Shown: piece by piece, positions 57,429 to 64,000 of the stretch
How positions within the stretch are numbered: position 1 is the first letter of the stretch
Layout of the letters: each line of letters starts with the position of its first letter
NCBI RefSeq assembly: GCF_040938485.1
Contig: NW_027271004.1
Coordinates: 1,054,001 to 1,118,000 of the forward strand
DNA length: 64,000 nt
DNA from: Diadema antillarum
Lineage: Eukaryota
Reading direction: 5' to 3'
Notes under the pieces: generated by a model
What the model saw: the letters and a program-made list of their open reading frames with translations, nothing else
Told to the model about the DNA's origin: nothing
The model's database searches: none
Program-made: the position numbers and the translations under genes

Positions 57429-58564
57429 GCGCTGTACAAATGTAGCAATTTCATTGTTTTCTTTTGTATTGCAACATGTTGTACCATAATGTGATGTACA
57501 TGTATTGTATTGTATAGTATTAAACACAGCCCTTCTCTACGAACACATACTATATAATGTGAGCAATCAAGTTGAGAAATCAGTCAAAGAAAAAAAAAAT
57601 GCAAACAATAGCTTCCTTGGTCTACAAAATAAGGGAACTACAAAAATATACATGTACACAACAGTTGGCCCAGTGAGTTACAGCATATATGATGTATTTA
57701 GTAACATACTGAAGGTTTTTTTCTCCTTTTCTTTTGAGAGAGAGGGGGTCATGAGAGTGGAGAAATTACAGTATATTATTGATGAGTTTCTTGTTCATAG
57801 GCAATCAATTCTACTCCATTCACACGTAAACATTCAGCAACAGGTGCATCTATTGATTTATGCAACAACAAAAAAAAAAGCTGTGTAGATAAAAAAAGTG
57901 AATTTATATTGCTACATGTAAAAGACTTGTCACTCTTAATTCAAAATGAGTGGGAGCAACACAGCTCAGTCGGTAGCATTTTATAATCATCTGCCTTGCG
58001 ATCAAATGGCTAAGGTTCAATCCCAGCAAATTTTGCTACTAAAGCAATGTTACATTATGTGTTAAATGATGTCGCCCCCTCTTGTTCCCTCATACAGGAC
58101 ATGAAACGGAGGTCCTGTGTGTGAGAGAGTCACGACTCATCTGCATAAATATCAGACTTCATTCATTCATTGCAAAAGAGCAGGATGTGAATGCGGTTAG
58201 TCAGTTGTCTACCTGAAACATCAATGAAAGGAAAAGAAGAAACATTTCTACATCATGATGAAGCAGGAGCTGAGCTCCAGATACCGACAGCAGGGATGCA
58301 TACAAGTACACTACAGGAAGAGACACAAACTATGTACATACCGTGTACAAACTCTATCATAATGTACATGATCAGCTCTAGGCCCACAAAAATATACAAG
58401 TGACTGGAAATGTACTACTCAACACAAAATTAGACAGGCGTTTAGTCAGTACCAACTTGAGACTCCTTGAACAGCGGCATTTGTTTCAAGATAGTGCACA
58501 AGTATACAATTGTGGCGAGCCTACTGAATGAATTAACTACAAATCAATGATAGGGAACTGGTTT

Positions 58565-58598
<34 letters not shown>

Positions 58599-61500
58599 AC
58601 AACACTACAACACAGGTTATTTCACACTTTCATAAATACCACATGCTGAAATACAGTACGATTAGACTTGTAGCCAGCTGGTTTGGCAGATCTAAGCATA
58701 GCTTTGGGATAAATTATGCATGCAGAAATGAACGGCCAATGATGCATGGGAAAGGCCCAGCTGTTCCCTTTTCCCATCATCCACCCCCCTGGGCAAACAT
58801 CCCGACTGCCACGGAGCACTATTGACTCTTTATTCTCAGCAAAGATTAAGAGACTGCAGCAAACAAAGATTAAGTAAACAGAATCATTGCTGAACATCTG
58901 GAAGCTACTTCAGCAGTCGCTAACAGTGATTTCAACAGTCACTGCTTACTGACATGCACTACTGGTCCATATTCCAAATGCATGTCCATAAAAGTACTTG
59001 ATTATGAACTATCTTCTGATACAAATCACTTTTCCTAGTCTGCATTTCTCAACCTTTCACACAAACAGTATTGCCATGGTTTGTATTGTTAATGAACAAA
59101 GGGATGTCCTTGATTAAAAGTTACTTTTTGTATCTTGAATTGTTACATTATACAAGTTTTGTATTTTTGTTGCAGGACCCCCAGAGTAATCGTGTCTAAA
59201 CCACAAAATTTATCTTCCCTGGGTAATTTTATAATGTTAAATAGACAAATTTATAAATTAGTTCATTAAATAAAAAAAACAGAAAGATAATTCAATAAAT
59301 AAATCTAAAATACACATACTGGTGACGCTTCTCTGATGGCTTGTTCAGCCAATCAAAATCTCCAATATGAAATGTTTGTATTCAAAAAGAGAAATGTAGT
59401 GGCCTACACCAAATAACAACCGTGTTGGGCAACCAGTCTTTCACATACGTTTCCATTTTGGAGATCCAATGGAGCAACTAATGGATTGTTATGTTTCCTG
59501 TGTTGCGCACCACTTCATTTCTTTTTGGGAAAGCAACATTTCAGATTGAAAGATCTATGTTAGTTGGCAGATTGGGACACCAAAGAAAAGAGTTAGTGTC
59601 TAGCCCCGACAGCATTGACACGTATGGGGAGTGTTTCACAAAAAAAAAAAAAAAAGCAAAGTCAATCTTAGAATTTTAGATTATTGTAAAATCATGGTAT
59701 GATACTGGCTTCCGTGTCATTTGATCAGCCTTTCAGCATCTACTTCAAACTGTTATTGATATAAATTTACAAAGGAAATAGAAGCATTTTTTTCCTTTTA
59801 TTACAATATGTAGATGATAAAGTACAGCTGTATAATCTAGCTGCATGAATGAAAAAGAAAAAAAAGAGTCTTTAAAATTTTCATTTTGTGTAAGGAAATC
59901 AAAACAACACTGAAGACACTGTAGTATACTATAAACTTACATTTTTAAGTTAACTCGTTCCGCATAATATATAGACACTTGTGAGAGTATACTCAGGACT
60001 CATTCCTCAATAGGTTAAGTTTCTTAGTGAAACACCCTCCCGGTGAAACAGTTTACAGGGCATAATGACTGACTGGACTGAGTGCATTTATTGGAGAAAG
60101 AAATGACATGGCTTACTTTATCTGACATTCTGCTGAAAGAGTTGTCAAAGCAAAAGAGGTAGTCCCCTGTTTCTTGGAGATGAAATCTGGAAAAATCAGG
60201 AAACAAAACAACACGTATAAGTTGCGATTTTAACAAATTTTATTGGTAGAGAGAGACAAAGTGAAGAAACTCACATCTGAACGAATAGTTTACTAGACAA
60301 CATCAAAAAATAATTAAAAAAAGGATAAAATATAGAGAAAGATGATTGGCTTCCCATAGAGTCATCATTCAGTCTGGGTCATACATTCTGAAAGAGGGTT
60401 CCTACTGTAACTGTTCATCACAAAAGTGTCTCAATTCAAAAGTTTATCATGCTGCAGTATAATCTTGACAATTCTATACATTGCAAAAGTTTATCTTCCA
60501 ATATTCATATGCACCACAAGATACATGGTATGGAGCTTTCACTCTGCCACTATCAAAGGTAAAAAAAAAAACCAAAAACTGTTAACGTACTGTAAATGTG
60601 TAAAGAAACACCTGTTGAAAAAAAAAATGGTAGAAACCTGTTTACATTTACAATGTAGAATCTATTCAAAGGAAACCTGCTTTCCCCTCAATAGCACTGA
60701 AATGATTGAAATCATTCTGTCAACGCTTACGAATATATTCCGTCTGGTTTTCTTGCTTCCGTTGCCAGGGCTTTATTTGTTGGCGACCGCAAAATGAAAT
60801 TGATATCCAAATCTCCTCCTTCGAGCACCTGAAATAGAGAGCAAGAAGAAAGCTGCGTTGCTATTTAAGAGAAACAAACTACAACCACAAAAATGATGTG
60901 CCGCTAGTCGAAAACTGCATAAATTCATTAAAAGTGGCACAGAAAATAGCGCCACTTTGAGCAATAAATCTATACTTGATGTACATGTAAGAAGATCTAA
61001 CTAAACTAATAATCTAAATCAATTTGGACAGAATCACAGACTATGCATATTAAAGATTTGGTTGTGCAGTAGAGGCGCCACAGGCTTCACTACTGTCTCA
61101 TTCTCCACAAAATAAACGACAAGGTAGCCGTCAACATCTCTTGACACACATGGCCATGCCCTACACAAACACTAGAAATTATCATCCATTTGATAAGAAG
61201 AAGTTCAATACCCGCATGGTAACCCCGGGCCAGGGCGCTCCTTGTGCAGAGGTATTGTATACAATGTACTGTACAGTGTATACACCGACACCTGAACGCT
61301 TTGCGTACACGTATGGGCTGGTCGCAGTTACCCGCACGGTACAGTACATTTATTCGAGAATCTATGTACATTTACAGCTATTAATAAAGACTATTGTAGA
61401 CCTTATACTACCTAGGACTAGGTAGGACTAGGAGACCTAAGGTAATTCAATTGTTACGCTAGTAAAGTTTACAGTATACCAGCTACAATTTACAAATCTT

Positions 61501-61915
61501 GTTAAATCAATAAATGTTGATTTGCATAATCTTCAACTCATGATATACTGTAGCTTCTTCTTCTTTTATTCTCCCTTTTACCAGAAACAATTGTCACTGA
61601 TTACGAAGATCTGATCGATCCTTACTAGGTGGCTACTAGGTCTAACGTTAGTTTGTTAGAGTTCAACTTTAAATACATTTTTTGTACCACATGCAACGCC
61701 CCTTTCACCAACATTGAATCAAATACATCGGACTGATATAAAAAAGCATTCACCTGAAACTCGAATTCCAAATTGAAATCTTGCTTCATTGCTTGATGAA
61801 AACATTCCCTCTTGCCTGGTGGCACGACGACCGTCATGTCATGCATGATCCCTAATGAAATTTCGATTAAAATGGCGGTGATAAAGTAACTGAAAAATAG
61901 TCGTAAATGATCCAT
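50341..61915 (-). CDS. TMED5: p24-gamma/emp24 GOLD-domain transmembrane protein (TMED1/TMED5-like), 222 aa
   Basis: Exons on minus: 61915-61754 (signal peptide, VPPGKRECFHQ...FEFQ), 60828-60731 (VLEGGDLDINF), 60186-60117 (GDYLFCFDNSFS), 56814-56695 (VVYFDL...EIRLEEIQ), 50559-50341 (RDRYLAERNFERVSFWS, TM helix, GKVRT*). All GT-AG and in frame. TMED1 versus TMED5 cannot be resolved. Confidence 0.92.
50706..51397. mobile_element. MITE (TGTGACC TIR) in TMED intron 4
   Basis: TGTGACCGTGCACCTCAAAAC versus reverse complement TGTGACCCTGCACCTTCAAAAC; AT-rich flanks. Confidence 0.8.
54651..54850. other. assembly gap (N run)
   Basis: 200 N inside TMED intron 4. Confidence 1.
54977..55163. mobile_element. 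short internally deleted copy of the CAGTGCACTCCCG MITE
   Basis: TA|CAGTGCACTCCCATTATAACG ... TTCGTTATAATGGGAGCCCACTG|TA. Confidence 0.85.
56928..57253. mobile_element. nested MITEs: GGGCGCAGCC-TIR element (56977-57211) inside an older palindromic element
   Basis: Inner TIR GGGCGCAGCCATAGTGGGTGTATCAGCCGACCCCCC is perfect at both ends; outer inverted repeat CTATTGACCGATTC / GAATCGGTCAATAG. Confidence 0.85.
57952..58185 (+). mobile_element. second tRNA-derived Deu/Nin-like SINE copy
   Basis: AGCTCAGTCGGTAG and GGTTCAATCCC, then AGGACATGAAACGGAGGTCCTGT...CTTCATTCATTCAT.GCAAAAGAGCAGG shared with 24503-24735. Confidence 0.7.
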
Positions 61916-63828
61916 TTTGGAAGAGTTTCTGTGGCAGGAAGTCCACCGCGCCGGTATGTGTGTGTACGGTGTATGTGTGTACGCGTTGTCCAATGAAGAA
62001 GCTACACAACACACACACGCTCTTCCTGTAGCCTTCTTACAGTCGTTTCACCCAGTTCGACTAGCCGACTGCATACATTTTTGTTGTAAACGCCAACGAT
62101 GTTTGGTTCTGATATTATGGCGATTTGATTACTAGTAATGTTTCACGTTATTTTTGTTGTTGACATTACTGCTGTTCGAAACAGTGATATATAAATCATT
62201 GCTGGTTCTTTAGTAGAATTGAACTTTCGATGGTTTCTCATTTTCTTTAACAACAACTTCTATTGTGCTAAATTGTCCGTGCTAATATCACTGATTGATT
62301 GTTAGAAGGTATAGAAACAAATATGAAGGCCTATTTGTTCTTCTATTCAATGATTATGATTACATTCGCTGTTTCTGGCTCAGAATTTCCAAAGCCTCTG
62401 AATTGATAAAATAAGGCATAATATCATTTATGATCTATTCTTCAACTGTCAAAAGATTTTGCGGACATAAAATTTTGTTTTTTCTGGGTATTATTGTTTT
62501 GTTTCGTTTTGCTTTGCTTTTCTGCTCACGGACAGCAATACATTTCACAAATCGCACTATCTGTACGTTCTACATGATGTGAAATTGATCATGTATTCAG
62601 TATAGGTCATATTCAGTGGGTGTAATTTGCACCACCATAATGTATTTATAGAACTTAGACAGGCTTAAAAGGGGAAAATGTGTCACTCTGCAGAGCCTGT
62701 TACGTCTCTCTTGATTTATTTATTTCTTGGATTAATTCAATTTTCACTTCTTCTTTTTTTACTCTTTCATTGAATTTCATTTCATTCATCCCGCCCTTTA
62801 CCGTTTAAATTGTTAATTCTATGCATTATTTAGTTGCTGTTGATCAAATTGATATAATGTAAGTAGGCCTACATGAATACTCCCTATAATATGGTGTATT
62901 GTCTGATGAAATGCACTTGTCAATCAACATATCAGAGGGACTACGACCTATCATAACTGCATAAAATCGATAACAATCGGTCGTGTTTCTTTTTTTCCCG
63001 AGCATCGATTTCTATATTTGTTTAGAAGCACTGTGGTCCAGACAGGCTGTAGACTTTCAAAGCAATTAAAGGTATAAGTATACCATTTGCAGATGAAACA
63101 AAAATCCAGCGTTTGTGCTTTAGAATAGTTCTGAAATGTGAGTTAGGGATAGAAACAACCACTGTAAGAACTTGAATCCATATAATCGATGTTAAGTATA
63201 TTGAAATAGACAAAAATAATGTGAACAATAGTTGTAATAAAAATGTTTTCGGACTAATTAACCATCTACAGTTATATAGTTTAATGAGAAAAGTACTGAT
63301 ATCTCCTTATATTTTAGGCTTTATTGTGAAAATGTTATATGGTAGGGTGTTTTGTGATACAACAGACCTACACATATGAATCAAATGTGATATCTTGAAC
63401 ATTGTTTTTTAATTACTGCTTCCAAAGGTAATCAGGACCTTTAAGGGCGAATAATGGAGTTCGAATACTACGCCCTCACGAGCCATAATCATGATAATGA
63501 CCAGCATTTCATTCCTGAGTCATAGATTTACAATGTTGTCTGTCATCATACCGTCCCCTCTGGTAGAAAACACTCTGTCCCTCGGATAAGACATAATAAT
63601 GGAGGTGTGTGAGGCCGGGGAAATGTGCGAACTCCGTGATCTATAATGTGTGCAGACGACGGGAAAAGTGCAAACGCTCAGTCTTGCCGGAAAATGTGCA
63701 AATGCCGCCGGGTATAATGTGGAAACCATTAATTCACTTCATTAATCTATCATTGTGTACTAGTAGTAGAGATGGAAGATAAACTCTCTATCAAAACTGT
63801 ACTTGAAACACATTACACTTTTGATTTA

Positions 63829-64000
63829 CAGTCAAACCTGTCATAGCGACCTCCTGTCTATAGCGACCACCTGACCATAACAATTACTAAAAAACAATAT
63901 TTTCTCCCAGAGAAAAAAGCATAATAAATAAACTATATAGCAGTCCCCTGTTTATAACGGCCACTTTTGTTTTTCGTCTCCCTTGGAGTGACCTCCATAG
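63829..64000. mobile_element. left part of a Tc1/mariner-type MITE (CAGTCAAACCTG), runs off the window
   Basis: TA|CAGTCAAACCTGTCATAGCGACCTCCTGTCTATAGCGACCACCTG. Confidence 0.7.

Overview
Eukaryotic (animal) genomic DNA, AT-rich and rich in MITEs and SINEs, with two N gaps. An echinoderm-like or other invertebrate deuterostome origin is inferred from repeat content only. Three intact spliced housekeeping genes were rebuilt by hand from GT-AG junctions, each in frame: RPS6 (minus, 5 coding exons, 244 aa, with a 2-codon first exon and a TCT/5'TOP start), UBE2Q-family E2 (plus, 10 exons, 375 aa, divergent from RPS6) and a TMED1/5-like p24-gamma (minus, 5 exons, 222 aa). A fourth, unexpected three-exon gene (2466-4958) encodes a triplicated acidic EWEPNMFEP/DFEDY module fused to a decayed P2X7-ballast/KolX-like Zn-binding domain; it has lost most cysteines, carries an in-frame TAG and has a TTAA-flanked Kolobok-type MITE in intron 2. 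Other notable structure: a bipartite motif shared by the first introns of UBE2Q and TMED, a ~260-bp-arm inverted repeat in RPS6 intron 1, a layered 2.43-kb tandem duplication seeded inside a Tc1-like element, and a MITE carrying TTAGGG repeats. All family assignments come from recalled motifs; no database search was run.
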